Shown piece by piece: positions 26,460-36,427 of a stretch of DNA of 64,000 bases. This DNA is from an uncultured Caulobacterales bacterium (GTDB lineage: Bacteria; Pseudomonadota; Alphaproteobacteria; Caulobacterales; Parvularculaceae), in NCBI GenBank assembly GCA_964342855.1, contig CAYFIB010000013.1:1352-65351 (forward strand), given 5' to 3'. Made by a program: the position numbers and the translations under genes. Each line of letters starts with the position of its first letter. Position 1 is the first letter of the stretch. The notes under the pieces were generated by a model, which saw only the letters and a program-made list of their open reading frames with translations, was not told the DNA's origin and ran no database searches.

Positions 26460-28769
26460 CTAGAAGCTGGTGACGATTCGCCCACCGATAACGCGCGGTG
26501 GACCGAAATAGTTGATGGACCCGCCGGCCGGATCACCGAAGTTGCCGGAGATATACTCTTCGTCGAACAGATTGGTGACGAACAACTCCAACCCATAGTG
26601 GTCCGCCTCATAGCCGACGACGAGATCGACCAGAAAATGATCGTCGTTGATCGCAGAAGCATCATTCGTTCCGAAGGCGAATGATTCAGATTCATATCTG
26701 GCGCGAACATTGACGAAGGTGTCGCTGGCGAACGTGTAACGTCCGCCGAAGCCGACCGTCCAGTTCGGCGCGTTCGGAAATTCCAGCCCGATCAGGCTGG
26801 AACTGGAGAAGCTCGCATCTTCCGTAAACTCTGTTTCCGAGTATCCGAGATTGGCGAAGACTTCCAAACTGCTGACCGGAAGCGCGATCGTTTCGATCTC
26901 AAAGCCGAACAGCTCCGAAGCCCCGACATTGTCCGTCAGCGTATCGAGGGGATTCGACGAGAGCTGAACGTTGATCTGCTGATCCTCGTACTCAATGTAG
27001 TAGACATTGGCGTTCAGGGTCAGACGACGGTCGAACCATTGTGAACGAAGCGCGAACTCATAGTTCGTCGTAAATTCAGGTTCAAAATCGCTGACGATGC
27101 CGAGCGCTTCCAGATCATCCTGAAGGATGAGGCCGTCGCCATTCGTGTCAGCGGCCAGCGCCCCGCGGAAGATATTGAACGACAGGCCGCCCGCTCGGTA
27201 AGCGCGCTGAACGCTGACGCTCGTGGAGAAATCGTCGGTCCATTCGTACTTGATGACGCCCTTTGGCAGGAAAGCTTCGTACTCGTTGTCGGCCTCGAAA
27301 TCGAACGCCTGAGAAAACGTCGACGCAGCCGTCGCGATGACGAAATCGACGACGGGGTCGCCACTTGGCGGAAATGGCGGTACGAAAGTGCTGTCGAAAC
27401 TTGTCTGGTTGATTTCCTCCACGTCGAACCGCGAGCCGACCGTGAAGGAAAGTTTTTCGGTCGCCCGGAACGTCGCTTCACCGAACACGGCATAGTTACG
27501 GATGTTCGTATCGCCGTTACGGTCGAAAACAACCGGGAAGTTTGGCGCGAAGGCGATGATCTGTCCCCGAACGGCTTCACCTTGCGCAATCTGCGTCGGC
27601 GATGGCGTCGGCGTTCCGAAGAGCAGCCCGGCGAGCGTAGCGCCGTCAGGAAGCGCGAACTGGGACCCCACAATGGAGGTGCTGTTGTTCTCAAAACGCC
27701 CGTCGCTGTCGAAGTAGTAGCCGCCCAGAAGAAGATCGAAACGGTCGTCAGAATACGTCAGACGAAGCTCCTGCGAGAAAACCGCGTCCTCATTCACTGT
27801 CGTCCCAGGTTCATTCGGTCCGATCGACAGATTGTCGGCGTCAAAATCATACTCCACCGTACTGTCGATGAACGCTGAAACGCTGGTGAGGCTCAGACTG
27901 TCCGTGAAGTCGTATTCGATTTCGCCCGAGAAGATGCTGGCTTCCGTGCGCCGACGGTCCTCGACGTTCTGCGTCGAGATACGTTCAGGGAACGCATCCC
28001 CGTTGACCCGGTCCTCGCCCCGCTCGCCGTCAAGATAGTTGTAGCTGAGGCGAACGGTCAGATCCGGCAGCGCCGACGGCGTGATGAGCAGCTTCGCGCG
28101 CGCGGTCGTGGAGGATGAGCGATCTCCGTCATCGGTATTGAGGAACGTATTCTCGGTGTACCCGCGCGAGGTCGTGAAATCGCCGGAAACGCGCAGCGAA
28201 ATTTCATCCTTCAGCAAGGGAATGGTCGCGCCGATCGAGGCGCGGCCGGTTTCATATTGCGCGTAGGAGACCTGCGCGGCGCCTTCAAACTCCGAACCGG
28301 GATCGACCGTTCGCGCGACGATCGCGCCCGCCAGCGCGTTGCGCCCCTGAATGGTCGACTGCGGCCCACGGAAGACCTCAACCGTCTTGATATCCCACAG
28401 GTTCAGAGCCCCCTGAGCGAACAACGCGCTCGGAATGAAGACGCCATCCAGATAGACGGTCGCGACATCGCTCGTCTGATCCCCGGCGGACGCGCCCCCG
28501 TTCGCGATGCCGCGGATTGTGAAACCCTGATCGTTGAATCGACTTGTAACGTTCGCCGTCTGTTTGATGACGTCGTAGATGGTCACAAAGTTGTTTTCAT
28601 CGATCGTCGCTTCATCGACGACCGCGACAGAGGACGTCGTGTCCTGCAGCGTTCGCTCGAACTTTTCCCCCGTGACGACAATGACGTCGTCTGTCACTGC
28701 GCTCTCGTTCGCGACCGCCACGGCCGCGAGCACAAGAGCGGACACGCCGCTGGCGATGATCGTTTTCAT
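26460..28769 (-). CDS. TonB-dependent siderophore-type receptor
   Basis: Signal peptide, TonB box DDVIVVTGEK, plug motifs (FTIRGI, VEVFRGPQS), C-terminal GGRIVTSF. Confidence 0.85.
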   Translation of the reverse strand: MKTIIASGVSALVLAAVAVANESAVTDDVIVVTGEKFERTLQDTTSSVAVVDEATIDENNFVTIYDVIKQTANVTSRFNDQGFTIRGIANGGASAGDQTSDVATVYLDGVFIPSALFAQGALNLWDIKTVEVFRGPQSTIQGRNALAGAIVARTVDPGSEFEGAAQVSYAQYETGRASIGATIPLLKDEISLRVSGDFTTSRGYTENTFLNTDDGDRSSSTTARAKLLITPSALPDLTVRLSYNYLDGERGEDRVNGDAFPERISTQNVEDRRRTEASIFSGEIEYDFTDSLSLTSVSAFIDSTVEYDFDADNLSIGPNEPGTTVNEDAVFSQELRLTYSDDRFDLLLGGYYFDSDGRFENNSTSIVGSQFALPDGATLAGLLFGTPTPSPTQIAQGEAVRGQIIAFAPNFPVVFDRNGDTNIRNYAVFGEATFRATEKLSFTVGSRFDVEEINQTSFDSTFVPPFPPSGDPVVDFVIATAASTFSQAFDFEADNEYEAFLPKGVIKYEWTDDFSTSVSVQRAYRAGGLSFNIFRGALAADTNGDGLILQDDLEALGIVSDFEPEFTTNYEFALRSQWFDRRLTLNANVYYIEYEDQQINVQLSSNPLDTLTDNVGASELFGFEIETIALPVSSLEVFANLGYSETEFTEDASFSSSSLIGLEFPNAPNWTVGFGGRYTFASDTFVNVRARYESESFAFGTNDASAINDDHFLVDLVVGYEADHYGLELFVTNLFDEEYISGNFGDPAGGSINYFGPPRVIGGRIVTSF

Positions 28770-28842
28770 GAATAGCCCCTCAAACCCGAACTGAACCGTA
28801 CTCAGCTCGGTCTATAGGCGCCGCGGCATAAGATGTAAATGC

Positions 28843-28863
28843 GAGTCAGTATCATTATCAAAA
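28843..28863 (-). promoter_or_regulatory. Fur-box-like operator upstream of the TBDR/PepSY cluster
   Basis: The minus-sense sequence TTTGATAATGATACTGACTC begins with GATAATGATA, the first 10 nt of the 19-nt Fur consensus GATAATGATAATCATTATC. It lies about 75-95 nt upstream of the TBDR start. Confidence 0.35.
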
Positions 28864-28911
28864 CAGGCGGCCGGGCAGCCCCCTTCGCGCGCCTTAATTC
28901 CGACGCTTGGC

Positions 28912-29175
28912 CTACCCGCCGCTCATGGGCGGCAGGAACGCAATTTCGTCCGTTTCCGTCACAAGCGGATCGTCCTTTCGGGCGATCAGCGCCTGGTTCG
29001 CGCACACGCGGGTCGAAGGATGATCGATCGCTCCCGCCAGGCCCGGATGACGCGTCGCCATCAGGCCCGTCAGCACCGAGACCGGTTGACCGACGGCCTC
29101 GGCCGGCAACGGCTCCGAAGCGAGGCCGGCGAGCTCTCGAAGTTTGCCGAAGAAAAGCACCTCGCCAGACGCCAT
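28912..29175 (-). CDS. moaD: Molybdopterin synthase sulfur-carrier subunit
   Basis: 87 aa, ubiquitin-like, ending in ...FLPPMSGG (C-terminal Gly-Gly). Confidence 0.8.
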   Translation of the reverse strand: MASGEVLFFGKLRELAGLASEPLPAEAVGQPVSVLTGLMATRHPGLAGAIDHPSTRVCANQALIARKDDPLVTETDEIAFLPPMSGG

Positions 29176-29176
29176 T

Positions 29177-30199
29177 TCAGCCCCCGGTCACGGACATCGT
29201 GCGCGGGCTCGCAGCACGGTCGATCGTCATCTGATCAAAGTCGTGTCGGGCAGGCTTCGCGCCGAGAACAGCGTCGAGCGTTTCATCAAACCCCGCCGAC
29301 GTCACCCCTCGCCTGAGCATAGCCCGCAGGTCGGCTCCCTCCTCGTGGCCAAGGCAGCTATAGAGCCGACCCGTAGCGGTCAGGCGTATGCGGTTGCATC
29401 CATCGCAGAAATTATTCGTCAGTGGTGAAATAAACCCCAATAGACCACCCGTCTCCTGCACCCGGACATAACGCGACGGTCCGCCCGTCGTTTTCCGGGT
29501 CTCCGTCAGGGTCCAAAGTTTCTCCAGATCAGTTCGCACATCCTGAAGCGAAAGAAACGACTGGCGCCGCCCCGCCACGCCTTCACCCATGGGCATCACC
29601 TCGATCAGGCTGATATCGAACCCGCGCTCATGCGCCCACTGAATGATGGCCGGAATTTCATCGCGATTGGCGTCCGCCAGAGCGACGGTGTTGATCTTGA
29701 CGCGCAGTCCCGCGCGTTCGGCGGCGTCCACCCCGCGCATGACCTCGCTGAACGACTGCCGCCGAGCGATGCGCGCGAACGTGTCCGGGTTCAGCGTGTC
29801 GAGGGAGATGTTGACGCGCGAAACCCCGGCGCCAGCGAGGTCATTCGCGAAAGCTTCAAGCAGAACGCCGTTCGTTGTAAGAGCCAGCTCATTCAGTCCG
29901 CGACCGAGGCGCGCGCCCAACCGCCGGACCAGATCAATCACGCCTTTGCGGACAAGCGGTTCGCCGCCCGTGAGACGCAGCTTCGTGACGCCGCGATCAA
30001 TGAACGCGTCGGCCAAGCGCTCGATCTCTTCAAAACTCAACAGATCCGCCTTCGGTAGAAACCGCATCCTCTCCGGCATGCAGTAAACGCACCGCAGGTC
30101 GCAACGGTCGGTGACAGAAAGGCGAAGATATCTGACGTGACGTCCGTAGCCGTCGACGAGCGGCGCCGTGGTCGGTCGGTTATCGATCAGCACCGCCAT
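29177..30199 (-). CDS. moaA: GTP 3',8-cyclase (radical SAM)
   Basis: YLRLSVTDRCDLRCVYCMPE radical-SAM cluster motif, second cluster CDGCNRIRLT, C-terminal GG. Confidence 0.9.
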   Translation of the reverse strand: MAVLIDNRPTTAPLVDGYGRHVRYLRLSVTDRCDLRCVYCMPERMRFLPKADLLSFEEIERLADAFIDRGVTKLRLTGGEPLVRKGVIDLVRRLGARLGRGLNELALTTNGVLLEAFANDLAGAGVSRVNISLDTLNPDTFARIARRQSFSEVMRGVDAAERAGLRVKINTVALADANRDEIPAIIQWAHERGFDISLIEVMPMGEGVAGRRQSFLSLQDVRTDLEKLWTLTETRKTTGGPSRYVRVQETGGLLGFISPLTNNFCDGCNRIRLTATGRLYSCLGHEEGADLRAMLRRGVTSAGFDETLDAVLGAKPARHDFDQMTIDRAASPRTMSVTGG

Positions 30200-30819
30200 C
30201 AGCTGGCGCTCGCCGCAAGCGCCCGCGCATCATCCAGGTCCTGCTCGGTGTTGATGTTGAAGAAAGCGCCCGCGCGTGCTCGGATTTCGCAAGTGGACGC
30301 GCCGACGCCCGCCGCCACACGGTGCAGTGCGCGCTCACCGATGGTGAACGCCTGATCGCGCACCAGCTTGCAGGCGGACGCCCGCCACAGGGCGAACACC
30401 GCCTGCGGACGATCATCCGCAGCCGCGATAACGCCCGGCGCCTCACCCAGAGATTCAGCGAGCTGATCGAGAAGATCGCTCGGCGGGAACGGCGCATCAA
30501 TCGGGGCCGTGAGCACAAGCGCATCGCCGCCCGCCTCGGCTTGCGCCCACTGGAGCGCGCTGATCAACGCGCCGATGGGGCCAAGCGAAGATCCGTCCGG
30601 GCCCATTGTATCGTCAAGAAGAACGGCGTCCGCGTCCGTCATCCAGTCGCGCCGAACCGAGGAGAGAATGACCTGTCGTCTCGACCGGGCGGCGAGAAAC
30701 GCCGTCGCTCGGGCACCAAGCGTCTGATCTCCCAGCATGAGGGCGCCTTTATCCACGCCGCCGAAACGCCGCCCCGCGCCGCCTGCATAAAGCGCCCCGA
30801 TGTCGGCGATAACGCTCAT
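30199..30819 (-). CDS. mobA: Molybdenum cofactor guanylyltransferase
   Basis: ORF 30199..30924, with ATG at 30819 overlapping the moaC stop (ATGA). [20 protein letters not shown] nucleotide-binding motif. Confidence 0.75.
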   Translation of the reverse strand: MSVIADIGALYAGGAGRRFGGVDKGALMLGDQTLGARATAFLAARSRRQVILSSVRRDWMTDADAVLLDDTMGPDGSSLGPIGALISALQWAQAEAGGDALVLTAPIDAPFPPSDLLDQLAESLGEAPGVIAAADDRPQAVFALWRASACKLVRDQAFTIGERALHRVAAGVGASTCEIRARAGAFFNINTEQDLDDARALAASAS

Positions 30820-31301
30820 GCGACGTAGTCTCCCGATGCGCCGCCCGATTTCGACAGCAGGCGGATATCGCTGATGACCATGGCTTTCTCGACGGCCTTG
30901 AGCATGTCGTAGAGTGTCAGGCAAGCAACGCTTACCGCCGTCAGCGCCTCCATCTCCACGCCCGTGCGCCCGGTCGTTTTGACATCCGCACGCACGCGCA
31001 GTCCGCTATCATCGTCCATCCTGTCTACGCGCACCTGAACACCGCTCAACGGCAGCGGATGACAGAGCGGAACCAGATCCGCCGTCCGTTTAGCAGCCAT
31101 CACGCCGGCTATCTCCGCCGTTGCGATCACGTCGCCTTTCCTGATCTCCCCGCCGAGAGCGAGCCGAAGCGTTTCCGGCCGCATCCGGACGACGCCTTCC
31201 GCCGACGCCAGGCGTTCGGTGACATCCTTCGAGGAGATGTCCACCATCCGGACTTTTCCATCCGCATCAAGATGGGTCAGTTCATCACCCGGCATCGTCA
31301 A
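30816..31301 (-). CDS. moaC: Cyclic pyranopterin monophosphate synthase
   Basis: [16 protein letters not shown]...[29 protein letters not shown]...[14 protein letters not shown]. Confidence 0.9.
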   Translation of the reverse strand: MTMPGDELTHLDADGKVRMVDISSKDVTERLASAEGVVRMRPETLRLALGGEIRKGDVIATAEIAGVMAAKRTADLVPLCHPLPLSGVQVRVDRMDDDSGLRVRADVKTTGRTGVEMEALTAVSVACLTLYDMLKAVEKAMVISDIRLLSKSGGASGDYVA

Positions 31302-31858
31302 TGCTCCCGGAGCCGCGGCATCAGCTCCACCATGTTGCAGGGCGCATGGCGGCTATCGAGCTGCCAACGAATGACCTTGTCCCACCCATCGCGGCAGGCT
31401 CCGTTCGATCCGGGCAGGCAGAACACGAACGTCCCGTTCGCGACGCCCGCGCAGGCGCGTGACTGAAGAGTGGATAGACCGACGCTCTGATAGCTGACGA
31501 GATGCCAGATGACCGCAAAGCCTTCAATTTCCTTTTCGAACAACGGTTGCAGCGCCTCCGGCGTCACGTCACGCCCCGTCAGTCCCGTGCCGCCGGTCGT
31601 GATGATCGCATCCACGCCCGGATCCGCGATCCAGGCGGCGACGGCGGCGCGGATGGCGCCGACATCGTCGCGCACGAGCGCCCGGTCCGCGAGTTCATGG
31701 CTGGCGTCCTCCAGTCGACCGACCAGAATATCGCCGGAAGTGTCCTCGGAGACATCGCGGGTGTCTGAAACTGTCAGCACTGCGATCCGAACAGGGACGA
31801 AGGGTCGCGTTTCATCAATTCGGCCGCCGGGGGCTGGTGGCTTAAGGGGCTCGCTCAT
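31298..31858 (-). CDS. moaB: Molybdenum cofactor biosynthesis protein B (MoaB/MogA fold)
   Basis: ATG at 31858. [11 protein letters not shown]...[21 protein letters not shown]. Confidence 0.8.
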   Translation of the reverse strand: MSEPLKPPAPGGRIDETRPFVPVRIAVLTVSDTRDVSEDTSGDILVGRLEDASHELADRALVRDDVGAIRAAVAAWIADPGVDAIITTGGTGLTGRDVTPEALQPLFEKEIEGFAVIWHLVSYQSVGLSTLQSRACAGVANGTFVFCLPGSNGACRDGWDKVIRWQLDSRHAPCNMVELMPRLREH

Positions 31859-31862
31859 GCAG

Positions 31863-32327
31863 TCACTCCGTCGCCCATCTCTTCCGGGCGTCATGGTCGC
31901 TTGCACGCGGCTCAATCCACCGCGCGCCATCCGGACCCGTCTCTTTCTTCCAGAGCGGCGCGTCCGTCTTCAGAATGTCCATGACGCACTCCACCGCGCC
32001 GAGCGCATCCGCACGGTGCGCGGAAGCCGCCGCGACGAGCACGACAGGATCACCGGGCTTCATGGCTCCGACGCGGTGGACGACCATCAGCCCCCTGATC
32101 GCAAACGAAACGACCGACCCGGCGCAGAGGTCCGCCAGGCGCTTTTCCGTGAAGCCCGGAAAATGCTCCAGCGTCAGTTCCGTCACGGCCCCGTCTTCTC
32201 CGCGCACATAACCGATGAAACTCGCCATGGCGCCAATATCGCCAGCCCGCTGGCGAAAGGCCTCGGTCTCACGGTATGGATCAAACCCGTGATCGCTCAG
32301 ACGAATATCCAGTTCACAGTCGGACAT
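31863..32327 (-). CDS. moaE: Molybdopterin synthase catalytic subunit
   Basis: ATG at 32327. GAMASFIGYVR...LEHFPGFTEK...VVHRVGAMKPGDPVVLVAAASAHRADA...APLWKKE. Confidence 0.85.
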   Translation of the reverse strand: MSDCELDIRLSDHGFDPYRETEAFRQRAGDIGAMASFIGYVRGEDGAVTELTLEHFPGFTEKRLADLCAGSVVSFAIRGLMVVHRVGAMKPGDPVVLVAAASAHRADALGAVECVMDILKTDAPLWKKETGPDGARWIEPRASDHDARKRWATE

Positions 32328-32383
32328 GGTCGCCGACCATGCCGCGTCGCCGCGCGCTTGACCAGACGGCGCGTCGGTATCCC

Positions 32384-33151
32384 ATGATCTGGACGGGCGT
32401 CGCGTTCTTTCTGACGGCGGCCGCATACGCCGCCGTCGGCTTCGGCGGCGGCTCGACCTACGCCGCGCTTCTGGCGCTGGCGGAAGTCGATTACCGCGTT
32501 CTCCCGGTCATCACTCTTGCCTGCAACATGATTGTCGCGTCCAGCGGCGCGATTTACTACTGGCGGCGCGGCGCCTATCGAAATGCAGATGTTCCGCCGT
32601 TGATTTTATTCTCCGCACCCGCCGCGTTTCTCGGCGGCCTCACCCCCATCGCGGAGACGGCGTTCTTCGCCGTGCTCGCCGCTCTGCTGGCCATCGGCGG
32701 CGTCGACCTCGCACGACAGGCCGTCACGCCGGCGGCCGACGTTCCGGCGCCGCGCGCCCGTCGCTCGACGGCTCTTGCTGCGATGATCGGTGCGGTCATC
32801 GGTTATATTTCAGGCCTTGCGGGCGTTGGCGGCGGGATCATTCTGGCGCCTGTTCTTCACGCCATGCGCTGGTCGCACGCCCGCTCGATCGCCGCGATCG
32901 CGAGCCTTTACATCGCCGTCAACTCCGCAGCCGCGCTCGCAGGCAAAACCTTGCGGGTCGACGACATCGCGTGGGCGGATATTCTCGCCTTCTGGCCAGC
33001 CCCGCTCGCTGTTTTCATCGGCGGCGTGATCGGACGACGGCTCTCGTTTAAGCTCATGAGCGATCGCGCCCTGAAAGGCGCGACCGCCCTGCTCGTTCTC
33101 ATCGTCGCCGGGCGCATCCTCTTTCGACTTGCTCAGGGAACCGCCGAATGA
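32384..33151 (+). CDS. TauE/SafE (DUF81) family anion permease
   Basis: ATG at 32384. AAVGFGGGSTYAALL and later LAGVGGGIILAPVL are the duplicated TauE motifs. The stop overlaps the moeA start (ATGA). Confidence 0.75.
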   Translation: MIWTGVAFFLTAAAYAAVGFGGGSTYAALLALAEVDYRVLPVITLACNMIVASSGAIYYWRRGAYRNADVPPLILFSAPAAFLGGLTPIAETAFFAVLAALLAIGGVDLARQAVTPAADVPAPRARRSTALAAMIGAVIGYISGLAGVGGGIILAPVLHAMRWSHARSIAAIASLYIAVNSAAALAGKTLRVDDIAWADILAFWPAPLAVFIGGVIGRRLSFKLMSDRALKGATALLVLIVAGRILFRLAQGTAE

Positions 33152-34344
33152 TCACCCGTGAAGACGCTCTCGGCGTCATGCTCTCCGAAATCGTCGCGCT
33201 CGGTTCCGAGAGCGTCCCGACGGGGCAGTCGGTCGGACGCGTGGTCGCGCACGATATCGTCGCACGCATCACCCAGCCGCCTTCAGACATGTCCGCCATG
33301 GACGGCTACGCCGTTCGTTTCGAAGACGCCGCGCCCGGGGCCGAGCTGCGCATCATTGACGCCGCGCCCGCCGGACGCCCGAGCGCGCAGCGCCTGAGCG
33401 CCGGGGAAGCCGTGCGGGTTTTCACCGGCTCGGTCATTCCTCAGGGAGCCGATCATGTCGTCATTCAGGAGGACGTCGATCTCCGGGGCGAAGTCGTCGT
33501 GATCGCGGAGCGCCAACCAGCGCCGCGCAACATCCGCCGTGCCGGGATTGATTTCCGCGTCGGCGACGTCCTGATCGAGGCCGGAACCCGGATCGGACCC
33601 GCGGAAGCTGCGGTGATCGCCGCTGCGAACATCGGCACCGTTTCCGTGCGCCGTCGGCCAAGGATCGCCCTTCTTGCCAGCGGCGACGAGCTGCGCGCGC
33701 CGGGCGCCGATCTCAAACCCGGCGAAATCATTTCCTCGACACCTCATGCATTGTCCGCATTTATCGAGAGCTGGGGCGCGGTCGCTCAGGATCTTGGCGT
33801 CGCACGGGATACGCCAGAAGCGATCCGTGAGCGCATCGACGCCGCCAGAGACGCTGATCTTGTCGTCCCCCTCGGCGGCGCATCGGTCGGCGATCACGAT
33901 CTCATGCGGCCGACCTTTCAGAACGCGGGTTACGGACTCCGTTTCGAAAAGGTCGCTGTGCGCCCGGGCAAGCCGACCTGGTTCGGCGTCGGCTCCCGAA
34001 ACATCGTCCTCGGACTGCCGGGAAATCCGGCGTCGGCGATCGTCTGCGCGCTTTTGTTTCTGAAGCCCGTCATACTCGCGATGTCGGGACGGTCGCTCAC
34101 AGAGCAACGGGAGGTCGAGCTGCTCCCGCTCGCTGAAGACCTGCCCGCGAACGGACGGCGCGAAACGTTTCTGCGGGCGAAAAGCGTCGAGACCGACGCA
34201 TATGGGCGCAGCGTGCAACCAGCGCGCGATCAGGACAGCTCGCTGCTCAGCCCGTTTCTCAGCTGCGATCTGCTCCTTCAGCGTCCCGTCGACGCCGCGT
34301 CCGCCTCGCGCGGCGACCTTGCGCCCTGCCTGAAAATCGACTGA
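33148..34344 (+). CDS. moeA: Molybdopterin molybdenumtransferase
   Basis: SDMSAMDGYAVR, VRVFTGSVIPQGADHVV, LASGDEL, VVPLGGASVGDHDL, GLPGNPASA. Confidence 0.85.
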   Translation: MITREDALGVMLSEIVALGSESVPTGQSVGRVVAHDIVARITQPPSDMSAMDGYAVRFEDAAPGAELRIIDAAPAGRPSAQRLSAGEAVRVFTGSVIPQGADHVVIQEDVDLRGEVVVIAERQPAPRNIRRAGIDFRVGDVLIEAGTRIGPAEAAVIAAANIGTVSVRRRPRIALLASGDELRAPGADLKPGEIISSTPHALSAFIESWGAVAQDLGVARDTPEAIRERIDAARDADLVVPLGGASVGDHDLMRPTFQNAGYGLRFEKVAVRPGKPTWFGVGSRNIVLGLPGNPASAIVCALLFLKPVILAMSGRSLTEQREVELLPLAEDLPANGRRETFLRAKSVETDAYGRSVQPARDQDSSLLSPFLSCDLLLQRPVDAASASRGDLAPCLKID

Positions 34345-34483
34345 CGCTGCACCGCATCATTTCCTTTGACGCAGGTGCGAAAAGCCGTAACAATTCTGAC
34401 ATCGATCGTAGCTGGTCGAGACGCCAACCGCTCGACGATGGGCAAGACGCGGCGATGAAGCTGTTTGCAGAACCGGCGGCCAA

Positions 34484-34533
34484 CACCCGCCTTCATCAGT
34501 TTCACCGCACCGAAAGCGGGTGCTGTCACCCGC
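34484..34533 (+). promoter_or_regulatory. Leader with mutually exclusive hairpins upstream of the porin-nasT-nasS genes
   Basis: GCGGGTG (34516-34522) can pair with CACCCGC at 34484-34490, or with CACCCGC at 34527-34533 (7-bp stem, CUGU loop). A local GCACC/GGTGC stem overlaps the same bases. Confidence 0.3.
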
Positions 34534-34558
34534 CGTCACAGCTCATCAGGAGGCGATC

Positions 34559-35806
34559 ATGCCAGCACGAGTTTTAATCACGACCGCACTGTTCAGCTTT
34601 ACGAGCCTCGCTGCTCCGGCCCTCGCTCTGGAAGACACGGCGCCGCCAGCGACAACGGGCGTTCTCGCCTCGCTTGAAAAAGCCGCGTCGGAAAGCAAGC
34701 CGCTTTTCGAGATCCGACTGCGCTATGAGACCGTTGATTTCGACCCGTTTGATGATCGCGCGAACGCGCTCACGTACCGCATTCGCGCGGGCCTGGAGAC
34801 CGGCGCCGCCTTCAACACCAAACTACTTATCGACTTCGATCACATCGAACCGATCGTGAATGATTTCAATTCCACGATTAACGGCCGGACGCAGTTTCCC
34901 GTTGTCGCCGATCCTGAAACGACGGAGATCAACCGCCTCCAGTTGACCAACACGAGCATCGAGGACACGACGATCACTCTTGGCCGACAGCGCGTGAACT
35001 TTGACGATCAGCGCTTCATCGGGAGCGTCGGCTGGCGCCAGAACGAGCAGACCCTCGACGCCGTCCGTGTCGAGAACACGTCGCTCGGCCCCATCAAGGC
35101 GAACGTCGTGTACGTTTCGCAGGTCAATCGGATATTCGGAGAAGATTCCGGCGCCGGCGTCTTCGATGGGGACAGCTACCTCGTTAATCTCGGCGCTGAG
35201 ACGCCGTTCGGTAAAATGGTCGCGTTCGCCTATCTCATCGATATCGATCAGGCTGGCGGAGTTCTGTCGTCGCAGACCTTCGGCGCACGTTTTACCGGCG
35301 CGAAGACGCTCGAAAACGTAAAGTTCGACTACGCCGCATCCTACGCCGTGCAGTCAGACTACGGCTCAAGCAATCTTTCCTACAATGCGAACTACTACAC
35401 CGTCTCAGCGACGGCCTCCTCCAGAGGCTTCAGCGGCGGCGTCGCCTTTGAAGCTCTCGGCGACGATGATCAACGCGCGTTTCAGACGCCTCTCGCCACG
35501 CTCCACAAGTTCAATGGTTGGGCGGATATTTTTCTCGCAACGCCGCCGGAAGGACTGAAAGACCTGAACGGATCGCTCGGGTATTCGTTCGGTGATTTCG
35601 GCGCCCTGAAAAACGTGAAGACGAAAATCATCTATCATGACTTCGCCTCCTATACGGGATCGCTCAGCTATGGCTCGGAGATCGACGCCATCGTAACGGC
35701 CAGACTCAAGAAACTCGCTCTCCTCCTCAAATTTGCGGACTACAGCGCTGATGACTTCTCCGCCGACAAACAGGTCCTCTGGTTCCAGGTCGACTTCCGA
35801 TTGTGA
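34559..35806 (+). CDS. Outer-membrane beta-barrel porin (alginate-export-like family)
   Basis: ATG at 34559 preceded by AGGAGG. Signal peptide ...SLAAPALALE, an early FEIRLRYE motif, alternating beta-strand pattern, and the end ...VLWFQVDFRL. Confidence 0.6.
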   Translation: MPARVLITTALFSFTSLAAPALALEDTAPPATTGVLASLEKAASESKPLFEIRLRYETVDFDPFDDRANALTYRIRAGLETGAAFNTKLLIDFDHIEPIVNDFNSTINGRTQFPVVADPETTEINRLQLTNTSIEDTTITLGRQRVNFDDQRFIGSVGWRQNEQTLDAVRVENTSLGPIKANVVYVSQVNRIFGEDSGAGVFDGDSYLVNLGAETPFGKMVAFAYLIDIDQAGGVLSSQTFGARFTGAKTLENVKFDYAASYAVQSDYGSSNLSYNANYYTVSATASSRGFSGGVAFEALGDDDQRAFQTPLATLHKFNGWADIFLATPPEGLKDLNGSLGYSFGDFGALKNVKTKIIYHDFASYTGSLSYGSEIDAIVTARLKKLALLLKFADYSADDFSADKQVLWFQVDFRL

Positions 35807-35843
35807 AGTCGCGCCTTCTACGGACGCCGCCAAGCCCCTCCGG

Positions 35844-36425
35844 GTGCTGCTGATCGACGATGACGCCGATCGCGCGGCGCTCGTCGAGGAGGGGCTCGCC
35901 GGCGACGCGATCGTTCACATCGCCGGCCAGATCCATGGGCGCGTGCTGCTGGATCTGGTCGCCGAGGTCGGACCGGACGTCATCATCATGGACTGCAACT
36001 CGCCGGACCGGGACACCATTGAAAGTCTCAGAACCGTCGTCCGGCACATTCCCAAGCCGATCGTCATGTTCGTCGAAGAAGAAGGTTCCGAACGCATGCG
36101 CGACGCCATTGAGGCGGGCGTCGGCGCTTATGTCATCGACGGACTGACGCCGAAACGTGTCCGTCCACTGATTGATGTCGCCATCGCGCGGTTCCGCGTG
36201 ATCCATGACATGCATGCGGAGCTGCAGCGCACGAAAGACGATCTCGCCGCTCGAAAACTGATCGAACGGGCGAAGGGTCTCCTGATGGAGCACAACGGCA
36301 TGACCGAGAACGAAGCGTTCCGCGCGATGCGCGACATGTCGCAGAAGCAGGCGAAGCCGATGCGGGACGTCGCGGAAAATGTGCTCGCAGTCCTCGGCGT
36401 GCTGTCGAAATCGAAGAGGCCCTAG
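35844..36425 (+). CDS. nasT: ANTAR-domain response-regulator-like antiterminator
   Basis: Receiver-like N-domain (RVLLIDDDADRAALVEEGL) and a C-terminal ANTAR domain (KLIERAKGLLMEHNGMTENEAFRAMRDMSQKQAKPMRDVAENVL). The ORF-track start 35733 lies inside the porin gene. GTG 35844 is the first in-frame start after the porin stop; ATG 35751 is an alternative. Confidence 0.8.
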   Translation: MLLIDDDADRAALVEEGLAGDAIVHIAGQIHGRVLLDLVAEVGPDVIIMDCNSPDRDTIESLRTVVRHIPKPIVMFVEEEGSERMRDAIEAGVGAYVIDGLTPKRVRPLIDVAIARFRVIHDMHAELQRTKDDLAARKLIERAKGLLMEHNGMTENEAFRAMRDMSQKQAKPMRDVAENVLAVLGVLSKSKRP

Positions 36426-36427
36426 CC

